DNA of 64,000 nucleotides. Origin: Minisyncoccota bacterium. Lineage in GTDB: Bacteria > Patescibacteriota > Minisyncoccia > UBA6257 > 02-FULL-45-10c. Numbering within the stretch: the stretch's first letter is position 1; the number at the start of each line of letters is the position of its first letter. A model generated the notes under the pieces. The model saw nothing but the letters and a program-made list of their open reading frames with translations, was not told the DNA's origin and did not search any database. The position numbers and the translations under genes are program-made. Positions 11,119 to 20,768 of the stretch are shown one piece after another. The stretch spans positions 9,913 through 73,912 of the forward strand of contig DATDXY010000019.1 in assembly GCA_036517155.1 (NCBI GenBank), in the 5' to 3' direction.

Positions 11119-11590
11119 AAAATTGTTTTACGTTTTACACTACAATGTATTTTCCTATAAAACTGGGTAAATTGTAAAACGTAAAACAATTTTACTAAAT
11201 TACGCTTATACACAAAATATTGTTTAACGTTAAACAATTTGTTTAGCCGGTGTTAAACAAAAACAGGTTGTTTAACATTGAAATTGTTTCACGTTTTACA
11301 TTTTCCTACAAATAGACGTAAATACAAAATAATGTTTTACACTTAATGTAAAACATATTTTATAAAATAGGCGTAAAACATTTTAAATGTTTTACATTAT
11401 TTTGCGACAGATAGATTTTAAGCTTAAATAAGGTAAATTGCCGGATTGCCGAATTACTTTGCCGTATTTCACCTCACCACCGTTAAACAAATTTGTTTAA
11501 CGTGGTGTTAAACACTTTTGTTTAACACTCGTAAGGGGGAGCGGCTGGGGAATTGTTTCACGTTTTGTTTAACACTTAAGTAAATAACAA
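11119..11590. promoter_or_regulatory. Dense array of palindromic operator-like sites (TGTTTAAC/GTTAAACA family and TGTTTTAC/GTAAAACA family) in the divergent intergenic region
   Basis: Perfect palindromes at 11221-11236 (TGTTTAACGTTAAACA), 11481-11502 (CGTTAAACAAATTTGTTTAACG) and 11373-11395 (GTAAAACATTTTAAATGTTTTAC). Inverted repeats at 11251-11277, 11505-11528 and 11332-11356. The AATTGTTT(T/C)ACGTTTTACA unit occurs at 11121, 11170 (inverted), 11281 and 11551. Confidence 0.5.
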
Positions 11591-11591
11591 A

Positions 11592-11620
11592 TTGACGCCC
11601 ATGAGTTTAGGGGATAGTAT
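11592..11620 (+). promoter_or_regulatory. Sigma70-like promoter (TTGACG-17 bp-TAGTAT) for the 11666 gene
   Basis: -35 at 11592-11597, 17 bp spacer, -10 at 11615-11620; strong RBS AAGGAGG before the ATG at 11666. Confidence 0.45.
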
Positions 11621-11665
11621 AGAGCTGTTATTTAAAAATTTACAAAACTAAAAAAGGAGGAGAAT

Positions 11666-12292
11666 ATGCTCTTATCCAATTACTTGGGTAATTTGGTCAA
11701 GTTGATTGCCTTACTATTCATAGCGCAGCTTATGAATTGCCAACACCAACCTGTGTTAGCAGAAACATACACTCTTGTTAATGAAATTGGCGAGGAAACT
11801 AGGGGGCAATTCAAAATCAAAATTGATGAAGTAAAAGTCCTTGGAATACCGTTCTTAGAATTGGATATCAGAAAAATTATCTTGGGTAATGCAACTTTGT
11901 ATCTGCACTATCATTACCAGCAAGAAAATGGAATAATCAATTTTTCCAATCCAATCGACGACAGAAATGGTTATACCAATTACTTTTCTCAAAAAGTATC
12001 TGCTGGATTAATTGAGTCCGGTCAATTGGAAACTGTTTTTGATTACAAGCCTTCTTACCAACAGGATTTTGGCGTTCTAACTCACCATCTTGTTCTGACT
12101 AAAACTGGCAATGAAAAACAAAAATGTTTTACACTGCTATCCGCGTCTATTATTTCTCGAGGAGGAATTTATCTCACTACGATCATTATTCATGCGCGCA
12201 TCTACGTCAGTGACCCCAATATGATGTTGCCACTGATTAATGAAGTGGCGGAACGCGTAGTGCAAGAATTCACTCACAGTAAAAAGTCATAA
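11666..12292 (+). CDS. Hypothetical secreted protein
   Basis: 208 aa with an N-terminal hydrophobic signal/anchor (LVKLIALLFIAQLMNCQ) and a strong RBS; no known domain. Confidence 0.55.
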   Translation: MLLSNYLGNLVKLIALLFIAQLMNCQHQPVLAETYTLVNEIGEETRGQFKIKIDEVKVLGIPFLELDIRKIILGNATLYLHYHYQQENGIINFSNPIDDRNGYTNYFSQKVSAGLIESGQLETVFDYKPSYQQDFGVLTHHLVLTKTGNEKQKCFTLLSASIISRGGIYLTTIIIHARIYVSDPNMMLPLINEVAERVVQEFTHSKKS

Positions 12293-12298
12293 AAAAAT

Positions 12299-12331
12299 AA
12301 TCCCTCGAAGTATTCGGGGGATTACTTTTTT
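12299..12331 (+). terminator. Rho-independent terminator
   Basis: AATCCCTCGAA…TTCGGGGGATT hairpin followed by a T6 run. Confidence 0.5.
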
Positions 12332-12335
12332 ATTG

Positions 12336-12407
12336 TGGGCGTTCAAGGGATCGAACCTTGGACCCTCTCGATGTAAACGAGATGCTCTACCACTGAGCTA
12401 AACGCCC
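12336..12407 (-). tRNA. tRNA-Val (anticodon UAC)
   Basis: The reverse complement folds as a cloverleaf: acceptor GGGCGTT/AACGCCC, D-arm GCTC-AGTGGTA-GAGC, anticodon stem TCTCG/CGAGA with loop TTTACAT, T-arm CAAGG-TTCGATC-CCTTG, discriminator A. Confidence 0.9.
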
Positions 12408-12458
12408 AAATCAAACTTATTTAAGTTAGCTTAACCGAACATTCTGTCCACAGCAAGT

Positions 12459-12493
12459 TTGACATAAACAATATTTTATTATATAGTAATATT
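12459..12493 (+). promoter_or_regulatory. Sigma70-like promoter (TTGACA-17-TATAGT) upstream of the 12533 gene
   Basis: TTGACATAAACAATATTTTATTATATAGT; RBS GGAGG before the ATG at 12533. Confidence 0.4.
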
Positions 12494-12532
12494 CTTAAGT
12501 AACTTGTCAATAAAAAAGATTGGAGGAATACA

Positions 12533-13222
12533 ATGAGCATTACTCACGCATTGCCGATTACCGAATCTAAACCTCATTTTAAGCACAGTGCCTGGGGATT
12601 ACCAGGCGGCCGAGTAGATTTTACGGATCATCCGGAAATTACTGTCCGAGTAGCAATCTTTAACGGGCAGAATCAATTATTACTGTGTTTGGAAAAACCA
12701 AAACTGATTATTCCCAACCGGCCATTTCAGCAAACTTATCGAGAATATCTGGATTCCTTAAAGTCCACCGTTACTCAGCTTCGCAAACGCGGTAATCCGC
12801 TTACGTGGGCAGAGGCAAAAAAAGTTGTGGAAATTTACGCGCCAGAAATCGATGCTCCGTTTTTTGATGACTGTTGGAATAAAAAGTACACCAAGAAAAA
12901 AATCTTGCTCACCGCAATTAAAGAGGTGCTCGAGGAAACCGGGTATCTCATTAAACCAAAACTGCGGGAACGCATTCAGTTACAGAACAATCATCGAATG
13001 ACTGCGATTTTAACCGGCATCATTGTCGGTGGCGCATTGTTACTCCAAGAAACTCAAGAAATTAAATTGTGCCGTTGGTTTTCTCAAAAAAACCTTCCGG
13101 ATATCCGAGGCGGATCACTGGATAGGGGAGATGGACACTTTATGTACACTACTCATCACAATCGGTACCTCCAGATTGTACTGGATAGTCTCAAAAAAAA
13201 ACAAAATCGCCCTGCTGTATAA
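12533..13222 (+). CDS. Nudix-like hydrolase (divergent)
   Basis: 229 aa; N-terminal W-GLPGG-RVD and later LTAIKEVLEETGYLI, which resembles a Nudix box REUxEExGU with Lys in place of Arg. The spacing between the two motifs is unusually long. Confidence 0.4.
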   Translation: MSITHALPITESKPHFKHSAWGLPGGRVDFTDHPEITVRVAIFNGQNQLLLCLEKPKLIIPNRPFQQTYREYLDSLKSTVTQLRKRGNPLTWAEAKKVVEIYAPEIDAPFFDDCWNKKYTKKKILLTAIKEVLEETGYLIKPKLRERIQLQNNHRMTAILTGIIVGGALLLQETQEIKLCRWFSQKNLPDIRGGSLDRGDGHFMYTTHHNRYLQIVLDSLKKKQNRPAV

Positions 13223-13237
13223 GCGGGGCGTTTTTTT
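13206..13237 (+). terminator. Rho-independent terminator overlapping the stop of the 12533 gene
   Basis: CGCCC…GGGCG hairpin followed by T7. Confidence 0.45.
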
Positions 13238-13241
13238 ATTG

Positions 13242-13314
13242 TGCGTCTGCTTGGACTCGAACCAAGAACCGCCAAGGTATAAGCTTGGTGCTCTAACCAT
13301 TGAGCTACAGACGC
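13242..13314 (-). tRNA. tRNA-Ile (anticodon UAU, reads AUA)
   Basis: The reverse complement folds as a cloverleaf: acceptor GCGTCTG/CAGACGC, D-arm GCTC-AATGGTTA-GAGC, anticodon stem CCAAG/CTTGG with loop CTTATAC (anticodon TAT), T-arm CTTGG-TTCGAGT-CCAAG, discriminator A. Confidence 0.85.
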
Positions 13315-13368
13315 ATAGCGATATTCTAAATAAAAAACCGCCCTTATGTCCAATAAGAGCGGCTTTTA

Positions 13369-15198
13369 TTATACGATTAATGGCTTCAGTTTGAACGGTT
13401 CAATTAGTTTGTAGAATTCTTCCTGTTCCAGCGTTTCTTTTTCAATCAATACTTTCGCGATAGCTTCTAACGCTTGTTTTCTAGTGCTGACGATTTTTCT
13501 CGCGGATTCATAGGCGCGATTAATAAAACTTTTTACTTCCACATCAATTTGCGAAGCTACTTGTTCAGAATAATTGCGATCGTGGCTCAATTCTTTTCCT
13601 AAAAAAATCAATTCATGGGACTCGCCGAAAGTTTGCGGACCCAGCACATCGCTCATGCCGAATTGCGTTACTAGCGCCCGCGCCAGTTTGGAAGCCTCTT
13701 TCAAATCGTTAGAAGCGCCAGTAGTCATTTCTCCGAAGGTTTCTTTTTCCGATACGTAACCGCCCATCATCACCGCCAAATCCGCCATAAATTGCGAACG
13801 GGTTTTCAAATGTACGTCTTCCGACGGTAATTTCAGCGTGTAACCGCCCGCGCGGCCGCGACTGATAATAGAAACTTTATGCACCGGATCGGAGTGCTTC
13901 AAACTAGCCGCCACTAACGCATGGCCAGCTTCGTGATAGGCAGTAATTTCTTTTTCTTTTTCGGAAATCACCCGATTTTTCCGTTCCGGACCCAGTAATA
14001 CTTTTTCAATGGAAGAATATAAATCTTCCTGTCTGACGGTTTTCCGATTTTCTCGCGCCGCCATAATGGCCGCTTCATTCATCAAATTAGCCAAATCCGC
14101 GCCGGAGAAACCCGGAGTACGAACCGCTATTTTGCGAAGATCTACGGCTTTTTCCAGCGGTTTTTCTTTGGAATGAATCTTCAAAATTGCTTCCCGATCA
14201 TTTAAATCCGGAAGGTCCAAGATTACTCGCCGATCAAACCGGCCCGGGCGGAGCAAAGCCCGGTCCAAAATATCCGGACGATTGGTCGCCGCTACTACAA
14301 TTACATTGGTTTCCCGATCAAAACCATCCATTTCCACTAAAATTTGATTCAAAGTTTGTTCCCGTTCATCGTGGCCGCCGCCCAAGCCCGCGCCACGTTC
14401 CCGGCCAATGGCGTCAATTTCATCAATAAATAAAATTGCTGGTGATGCTTTTTTTGCCGTCGCAAAGGCATCGCGAGTCCGCGAAGCGCCGACACCAACA
14501 AACATTTCCACGAATTCCGAAGCGGAAATATAAAAGAAGGGAACGCCGCTTTCACCGGCGGTAGCACGGGCGAGCAGGGTTTTGCCGGTACCCGGCGAAC
14601 CCATCAACAACACGCCGCGGGGAATCCGCGCACCCATTTCTAAAAATTTTTTTGGATTTTTCAAAAAGTCTACTACTTCGTGCAATTCCTGTTTTGCTTC
14701 TCGCAAGCCGGCAACATCCTTGAAAGTAATCTTATCTTTAAACGCGCCGAAAAGGCGGAGGTTGGAACGGCCGAAAGAAAACGCCTGATTAGCGCCGCCT
14801 TTCGCTTGCCGGAAAATAAACCAAAAGATGGCAATCATTGCGATAATCGGCAGCAACGTCGGGACCAATATGCCCATCCAGAATTTTAGGCCGGATTCAT
14901 CTTCCACTTTCAAATCCACGCTTTGCAACGCTTCGGGAGTGACGCCGTAATTGGCCAAAGTTTGGCTTAAGCCCAATTCGGTTTCTTTCTTGGAGGTTGC
15001 CAAGTCGCCATTCTTTAATTCAATCTTCAAATCATTGCCTTGAACCGAAATAGTTTTAACTTCGCTCTGATTGACCTTGGCGGTGAGTTCGCTGATGGTC
15101 AAACTAATCGGCGCCTTTCCAGTTTGAAAAAGCAAAGAAAACGTAAACGACACCAACAAAAGTGTAATCGTTGCCCATAAAATATTTTTATATAACAT
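13369..15198 (-). CDS. ftsH: ATP-dependent zinc metalloprotease FtsH
   Basis: 609 aa; N-terminal TM, AAA Walker A GSPGTGKT, Zn-binding HEAGHA. Confidence 0.95.
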   Translation of the reverse strand: MLYKNILWATITLLLVSFTFSLLFQTGKAPISLTISELTAKVNQSEVKTISVQGNDLKIELKNGDLATSKKETELGLSQTLANYGVTPEALQSVDLKVEDESGLKFWMGILVPTLLPIIAMIAIFWFIFRQAKGGANQAFSFGRSNLRLFGAFKDKITFKDVAGLREAKQELHEVVDFLKNPKKFLEMGARIPRGVLLMGSPGTGKTLLARATAGESGVPFFYISASEFVEMFVGVGASRTRDAFATAKKASPAILFIDEIDAIGRERGAGLGGGHDEREQTLNQILVEMDGFDRETNVIVVAATNRPDILDRALLRPGRFDRRVILDLPDLNDREAILKIHSKEKPLEKAVDLRKIAVRTPGFSGADLANLMNEAAIMAARENRKTVRQEDLYSSIEKVLLGPERKNRVISEKEKEITAYHEAGHALVAASLKHSDPVHKVSIISRGRAGGYTLKLPSEDVHLKTRSQFMADLAVMMGGYVSEKETFGEMTTGASNDLKEASKLARALVTQFGMSDVLGPQTFGESHELIFLGKELSHDRNYSEQVASQIDVEVKSFINRAYESARKIVSTRKQALEAIAKVLIEKETLEQEEFYKLIEPFKLKPLIV

Positions 15199-15273
15199 AG
15201 TCTCCTTATTTTACTATTTTTTAAAATTAAAAACCAACAAACCAGAACGTCCGCCTCAAAACCGAAGAGAAGA

Positions 15274-16365
15274 TTAAGATTTTAACTTCAAGATAATCCG
15301 TTTTTCCTGAGCCTTCACTGATTCCACAATAAAGTTATATGATTTCCCAACTACGAGATGCTTTTCCATTTCCTCTACGCTGCCGAAGGCCGATACGTGA
15401 ATTAATCCTTGTAAATCATAATCTAAACCGATAAACGCGCCGAAGGGATTAAATTTCAAAACCATTCCTTTCACTTCCTGTCCAGCTTTATAATATTCTT
15501 CCGCTTTCTGCCACGGATCTTCTTTCAGCGCTTTCAAAGAAAGGGTAACGCGGCCATCTTTAATATCCAAAACTTTTGCCCGCACCGCGTCATCCACTTT
15601 CACTACTTCTTTTGGATTGCCGATTAATTTATGGTCCAATTCCGATATATGAATCAAGCCTTCAATTTTTGGGTTATCGGTAAACCGCATAAAAGCCCCG
15701 AAATCCGCAACACCGGAAATAATTCCGTCTACCACATCGCCGGCTTTATATTGGTTCAAAAGCTCTTTCACGCTTTGATCCGTAATTTCCCGTTCGGAAA
15801 TAATTAATTTTTCTGTCCGGGGATTCACATCTAGAATTTTCACAGTCAGTTCCTGGCCGACAAATTTTTTCAGCTCTTCCAAAATTCGCGTGCGGTTACC
15901 GTCATCCACTCGGGGATAATGTTCGTTCGCCAGTTGGGATACCGGCAAAAATGCTTTCAATCCTTCCACTTCGCCCATTAAACCGCCGGAATTGGCTCCA
16001 GTAATTTTTACTTTCAATTCTTCGCCTTTTTCCCGTAATTCTCTCAAAAATTGCCAAGACTTTTGCTTGCCAACTTCCGCCATCGATAATTCCACATAAC
16101 CATTTTCATTTTCCACCTCTACGACTTTAGCAGATAAAGCATCGCCCTCTTTCAAGGCCTTTAATACTTCTCGCGCATGATGGAGTTCCACACCATAGAC
16201 TACGCCAGTGCCAAATTTTCCTAAATCCACATAAACTGTCCGCGGCAGACGCCGTAAAAGTTTACCCGTTACGACATCACCTTCTTTTAAGAAGCCAAAT
16301 GCCTCCGGAACGCTTTTGGTCAGATAGGCGATAATGGAATCGGTTTTTTTGAATGTGTTTACCAT
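15274..16365 (-). CDS. rpsA: 30S ribosomal protein S1 (four S1 domains, short form)
   Basis: 363 aa made of repeated S1 OB-fold modules (…GDVVTGKLLRR…, …GANSGGLMGEVEGLKAFLP…, …GDVVDGIISGVADFGAFMRF…, …GQEVKGMVLKFNPFGAFIGL…). Confidence 0.8.
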   Translation of the reverse strand: MVNTFKKTDSIIAYLTKSVPEAFGFLKEGDVVTGKLLRRLPRTVYVDLGKFGTGVVYGVELHHAREVLKALKEGDALSAKVVEVENENGYVELSMAEVGKQKSWQFLRELREKGEELKVKITGANSGGLMGEVEGLKAFLPVSQLANEHYPRVDDGNRTRILEELKKFVGQELTVKILDVNPRTEKLIISEREITDQSVKELLNQYKAGDVVDGIISGVADFGAFMRFTDNPKIEGLIHISELDHKLIGNPKEVVKVDDAVRAKVLDIKDGRVTLSLKALKEDPWQKAEEYYKAGQEVKGMVLKFNPFGAFIGLDYDLQGLIHVSAFGSVEEMEKHLVVGKSYNFIVESVKAQEKRIILKLKS

Positions 16366-16468
16366 ATAAATAAGATATACAGAATATACTGATAAAAAAA
16401 GAACTGGTCAAGCCGGCCAATAAAAAAATTCGCCCACAATACTTTACATTGTAGGCGAATCCTATTTA

Positions 16469-17143
16469 TTAATCCCGAAACCATCTCTCGCTTAAAAGGT
16501 GCATTTTTAACATCTCTCCCGGAATTTCCTCGATAATCCGGGTAAAAAAGATGTTTTCGATGTTGTGAAGCCAGAATTCTTCGCTTTCATGACGAACATT
16601 TTTTGATCCTTTAAAAAAACCATAGCTGTATCCAAAATCGCTTTTCATACCGCAGATATATCCAATACCCTCCTCATAACCTACGGTTTTTCCAGGATTA
16701 TTCGGCGCCAGCAGAAGGATTGTTTTTCTTCTCCGGCTCCATTCGTGGAGTAAAATTTTTCCATACGGCGCGTAGGGAAAATTTTCTGAATCCACTACAT
16801 TGCGCATAAATCGCAAGTATTGTTGGATTACCGGATCCTTAATGTCCTCGCATAGGTTTGTTTCTTTACGATAAAGACAATCCACATATGCGCCAGAATT
16901 TACTTTCGGCAGATAAAATTCCGTCAATAATGCATCACATCCAAACGCCTGCATATGGTCAAGCGTGGATTCTGCGGATGTGTATACAACAGCTTGGACC
17001 TCATCCTGCGTCTTATGCATTTCATGCGCGCCGCATTTGCACTCATCGTCCTCAAGTTTCTCTTTTATCTTAATGAGAAACCGGTCTCGCGCCGACTCCA
17101 CTATGCTTTGATGCTCCCGTTTTACTGCGATTAATAATTTCAT
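16469..17143 (-). CDS. Hypothetical protein
   Basis: Start chosen at MKLLIAVKREH, which follows a GGAGGAG RBS. The longer track ORF up to 17362 would overlap the divergent plus-strand gene; no known domain recognised. Confidence 0.5.
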   Translation of the reverse strand: MKLLIAVKREHQSIVESARDRFLIKIKEKLEDDECKCGAHEMHKTQDEVQAVVYTSAESTLDHMQAFGCDALLTEFYLPKVNSGAYVDCLYRKETNLCEDIKDPVIQQYLRFMRNVVDSENFPYAPYGKILLHEWSRRRKTILLLAPNNPGKTVGYEEGIGYICGMKSDFGYSYGFFKGSKNVRHESEEFWLHNIENIFFTRIIEEIPGEMLKMHLLSERWFRD

Positions 17144-17267
17144 CTCTCCTCCCTTATAACAAAAATAAAAAGAACTACTTAAATAAATTTTATAACAAAA
17201 TGCTGTTTTTGTCAAATTTACACGTTGAATTTCCAGACCGCTTCTGGTAGTATATATATTGTATATT

Positions 17268-17888
17268 ATGGTAATTAACTGGTACGGCGAAGGATGTTTT
17301 AAGGTCCAAACGGGGGGCCTTGCTTTATTGACCGACCCATTTGAATCCTCCACCGGGCTCACGCCTTCTCGGGGAAAAGTGGATGTAATTTTAAAAACGC
17401 TTACGCCTTATCCGGTCCCACCGGCAGAAACCAGCGATGAACATATTGTGTGGGGAGGCGGAGAATACGCGATTAAGGGAATAGAAATTAAGGGTATTGG
17501 ATTAAATAAAGAGTCAGAGGAAAAATATTTTAAAACCGCGTACACCGTTAAGGCGGAAGATATTACCTTGGGCTTTCTTGGCCACATTTCCGAATCACCA
17601 GATCCTTCGGTATTAGATACGCTAAAAGAAATTGACATTCTTTTTATTCCGGCTGGCGGCAAACCATTTATAGAAATCGATGCGGCTACTAAACTCATTA
17701 AACAAATTGAACCGAAAATTATTGTGGCTGCCTTTTTCAAAATTCCGGGCCTGAAACGATCCGGTGAAGATTATAAGGATCTCGCTAAGGAATTAGGCCA
17801 AAAAAGCGAACCAGAAGAAAAGTTAACGATTCGCAAAAAAGAAATTACCGAACAAAAAGGCATCCGTTTAGTAATTTTGAAAGTGTAA
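17268..17888 (+). CDS. MBL-fold metal-dependent hydrolase (COG2220-like)
   Basis: MVINWYGEGCFKVQTGGLALLTDPF… resembles the N-terminus of UlaG/MBL-fold hydrolases. The track ORF uses TTG at 17259; the ATG at 17268 is preferred. Confidence 0.55.
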   Translation: MVINWYGEGCFKVQTGGLALLTDPFESSTGLTPSRGKVDVILKTLTPYPVPPAETSDEHIVWGGGEYAIKGIEIKGIGLNKESEEKYFKTAYTVKAEDITLGFLGHISESPDPSVLDTLKEIDILFIPAGGKPFIEIDAATKLIKQIEPKIIVAAFFKIPGLKRSGEDYKDLAKELGQKSEPEEKLTIRKKEITEQKGIRLVILKV

Positions 17889-17903
17889 ATAAGCGTCATT
17901 ACT

Positions 17904-18281
17904 ATGTGGCAATTTATCCAAAAATATATTAACGCAGTTCAACAATCGGATAACAACACTAAAAAAAGTTGGGTGGCCGGTTGCACTATTGTCACTATGA
18001 TATTTGTAATCTCTTTGTGGTCGCTTTATTTTCAAGATTCAGTGCAAACCCTAAATCTTCCGGAAACACCAACTCCCATAACGCAAGAAGCGTCTATCCT
18101 TTCTACATTTACTATTGGCGGTAAAATTGTTGCCAAAAAAATAGGCAGCGCCATCAGCAACGGCATTGCCGAAATTAAATCTTTAACCAAAGAAACCCGT
18201 TCCGTCACACTGCAGACCGCTAACATCAATTTCGTTCTGGAGGAATTGCCGGTTATTTCGCCAAAATCTTTACCGCATTAG
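17904..18281 (+). CDS. Hypothetical membrane protein
   Basis: 125 aa with one TM (WVAGCTIVTMIFVISLWSLYF). Confidence 0.4.
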   Translation: MWQFIQKYINAVQQSDNNTKKSWVAGCTIVTMIFVISLWSLYFQDSVQTLNLPETPTPITQEASILSTFTIGGKIVAKKIGSAISNGIAEIKSLTKETRSVTLQTANINFVLEELPVISPKSLPH

Positions 18282-18296
18282 AAATAAATACCATTT

Positions 18297-20735
18297 ATGG
18301 AAAAAGAACATCAAGCCAATAAAGTCCAACAACAAGAAATTACGGCGGAACTGAAAGAATCTTATTTAGATTACGCGATGTCCGTGATTGTTTCGCGCGC
18401 CTTGCCAGATGTGCGAGATGGATTAAAACCAGTGCACCGCCGCGTGCTTTGGTCTATGTGGGAAAGCGGCATTACCGCCTCCGCCAAACTCCGGAAATCC
18501 GCCAACACCGTCGGTTATGTAATGGCGCATTATCATCCGCACGGCGATACGGCGATTTATGATTCCTTGGTTCGAATGGCCCAAGATTTTTCGTTGCGTT
18601 ATCCATTAATCCAAGGACAAGGAAACTTCGGCAGCATTGACGGCGATAATGCCGCTGCCATGCGTTATACCGAAGCTCGCCTTTCCAAAATCGCGGAAGA
18701 ATTACTCACGGATATTGATAGGGAAACAGTGGATTGGCAACCGAACTACGATAGCAGCCGAGAAGAGCCAAAAGTATTACCGTCCAAAATCCCAAATCTT
18801 TTATTGAATGGCACTGTAGGCATTGCTGTGGGGATGGCAACCAATATCCCGCCGCACAATCTTAACGAAATTGTGGACGCAACCACGTGCCTGATTGAAA
18901 ATCCCAAAGCCACCACGGAGGATTTAATGGAATTCGTTCAGGGGCCGGATTTCCCAACTGGTGGCATCATCTACGACAAAAAAGCCATTGTGCAAGCTTA
19001 TATTTCCGGAAAAGGAGCAATTACCACTCGCGCCGTAGCGGAAATCAAAGAATCTGGTAAATACAACATCATTGAAATCACTGAAATCCCTTACCAAGTC
19101 AATAAATCGGAGTTAATCATTAAGATTGCCGAATTAGTTACGGATAAAAAAGTCCAAGGCATTCGGGATGTCCGTGATGAATCCGATCGCGAAGGATTGC
19201 GGATTATCATTGAATTAAAATCCGACGCCGCCGGACAAAAAGTTTTAAATCAATTATACGAATATACTGATCTTCAAAAAGATTTTTATATGAACGTTGT
19301 AGCGCTGGTGAACGGTATCCAACCGCAAGTCCTATCGCTCAAAGAATGCCTGGGATATTATATTGATCACCGGAAAGAGGTGGTCCGCCGCCGCGCCGAA
19401 TTTGATTTAAAGAAAGCCCGGGAACGCGCTCATATCCTCGAAGGACTGCATAAAGCTCTCGGCAATATTGATGCGATTATCAATACGATTAAAAAATCGG
19501 AAAATAAAGAAGCCGCTCATAAAAATTTAGTTGCTAAGTTTAAGTTCTCGGATATTCAGGCCACGGCGATTTTGGAAATGCGGTTGCAAACGCTCGCCTC
19601 GCTGGAACGGCAAAAAATTGAAGACGAGCTCAAAGAAAAATTGAAACTAATTGAAGAACTTTTATTGCTTTTAAAAAGCCCGGCAAAAATTCTTGGCGTA
19701 ATCAAATCCGAATTAAAAGAAGTGCAAGAAAAATATGGCGATAAACGGCGCACTCGCGTAGTTGCCGGCGGATTAAAAGAATTTAAAGAGGAGGATTTGG
19801 TGCCAAAAGAAGAAACCATTATCACAATGTCTCAAGGCGGCTATATCAAGCGGGTCCAGCCATCCAGTTTTAAATCGCAGAAACGCGGCGGCAAGGGATT
19901 GATTGGTTCGGATGTGGCGGAAGAAGATTTTCTTACACATTTTATGTCCGCCAATACGCATGACAATATTCTGTTCTTCACCGAACGGGGGAGAGTGTTC
20001 CAAACGAAAGTCTATGAAATACCGGAAGCGAGCCGGATCGCTAAAGGAAAATCTCTGCAAAACTTTTTGGAAATTCCGGCGGAAGAAAAGATCAGCGCGC
20101 TAATTACTTATTCGGCGGAAAAGAAAGCCGCGCCCGGTTATTTGGTGATGGTGACGCAGAACGGTCTTATTAAAAAAACTCCATTAGCGGATTTCGCCAA
20201 TGTGCGCCGCAGCGGCATTATTGCCATCAAATTAAAGAAAGGGGATTTACTGGAATGGGTAAAATTATCTTCCGGAAATGATCAAGTAATTTTAACTACC
20301 ACCCAGGGCCAAGCGATTCGCTTTAAAGAATCCCAAATTCGTTCCATGGGCCGCGCTTCTTCCGGCGTTCGGGGCATTCGCCTGAAAAAAGAGGATCATG
20401 TGGTTTCTTTGGATATTTTAGACAAAGAAAGCCAAAACTTCCGATTATTAACCGTCATGGCCAATGGCTTTGGAAAACAAACCAAGCTTTCCCAATATAA
20501 AATTCAGGGCCGCGGCGGATCAGGAATCAAAACTGCAAAAGTCACCGCCAAAACTGGAAAAGTAGTTGCCTCTCATATTGTTAATGAAGAACAAGAATTA
20601 TTAGCTTTATCGGCCAAAGGACAAATTATCCGCACCCAACTGGCGAGCGTCCGGATGGCTGGCCGCGCCACCCAAGGCGTTCGAGTCATGAATCTTAATT
20701 CCGGCGATAAAGTCGCGGGAATTGTTTGCCTCTAA
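18297..20735 (+). CDS. gyrA: DNA gyrase subunit A
   Basis: 812 aa; catalytic Tyr region [14 protein letters not shown]-like motif [11 protein letters not shown]-terminal beta-pinwheel repeats. Confidence 0.95.
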   Translation: MEKEHQANKVQQQEITAELKESYLDYAMSVIVSRALPDVRDGLKPVHRRVLWSMWESGITASAKLRKSANTVGYVMAHYHPHGDTAIYDSLVRMAQDFSLRYPLIQGQGNFGSIDGDNAAAMRYTEARLSKIAEELLTDIDRETVDWQPNYDSSREEPKVLPSKIPNLLLNGTVGIAVGMATNIPPHNLNEIVDATTCLIENPKATTEDLMEFVQGPDFPTGGIIYDKKAIVQAYISGKGAITTRAVAEIKESGKYNIIEITEIPYQVNKSELIIKIAELVTDKKVQGIRDVRDESDREGLRIIIELKSDAAGQKVLNQLYEYTDLQKDFYMNVVALVNGIQPQVLSLKECLGYYIDHRKEVVRRRAEFDLKKARERAHILEGLHKALGNIDAIINTIKKSENKEAAHKNLVAKFKFSDIQATAILEMRLQTLASLERQKIEDELKEKLKLIEELLLLLKSPAKILGVIKSELKEVQEKYGDKRRTRVVAGGLKEFKEEDLVPKEETIITMSQGGYIKRVQPSSFKSQKRGGKGLIGSDVAEEDFLTHFMSANTHDNILFFTERGRVFQTKVYEIPEASRIAKGKSLQNFLEIPAEEKISALITYSAEKKAAPGYLVMVTQNGLIKKTPLADFANVRRSGIIAIKLKKGDLLEWVKLSSGNDQVILTTTQGQAIRFKESQIRSMGRASSGVRGIRLKKEDHVVSLDILDKESQNFRLLTVMANGFGKQTKLSQYKIQGRGGSGIKTAKVTAKTGKVVASHIVNEEQELLALSAKGQIIRTQLASVRMAGRATQGVRVMNLNSGDKVAGIVCL

Positions 20736-20768
20736 CGCTTCGGTAAAAAGATATAGTATAATTCAGAT

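Noticed and set aside
11119-11660. Possible CRISPR array
   Set aside because: The repeats are short (8-23 bp) palindromes of two motif families with irregular spacing and no uniform repeat-spacer periodicity. No cas genes are nearby.
16469-17362. Long form (297 aa) of the minus-strand ORF extending to 17362
   Set aside because: The extension overlaps the divergent plus-strand MBL-fold gene by about 100 nt and has no RBS. An internal ATG at 17141-17143 is preceded by GGAGGAG, so the shorter 224 aa form was adopted.
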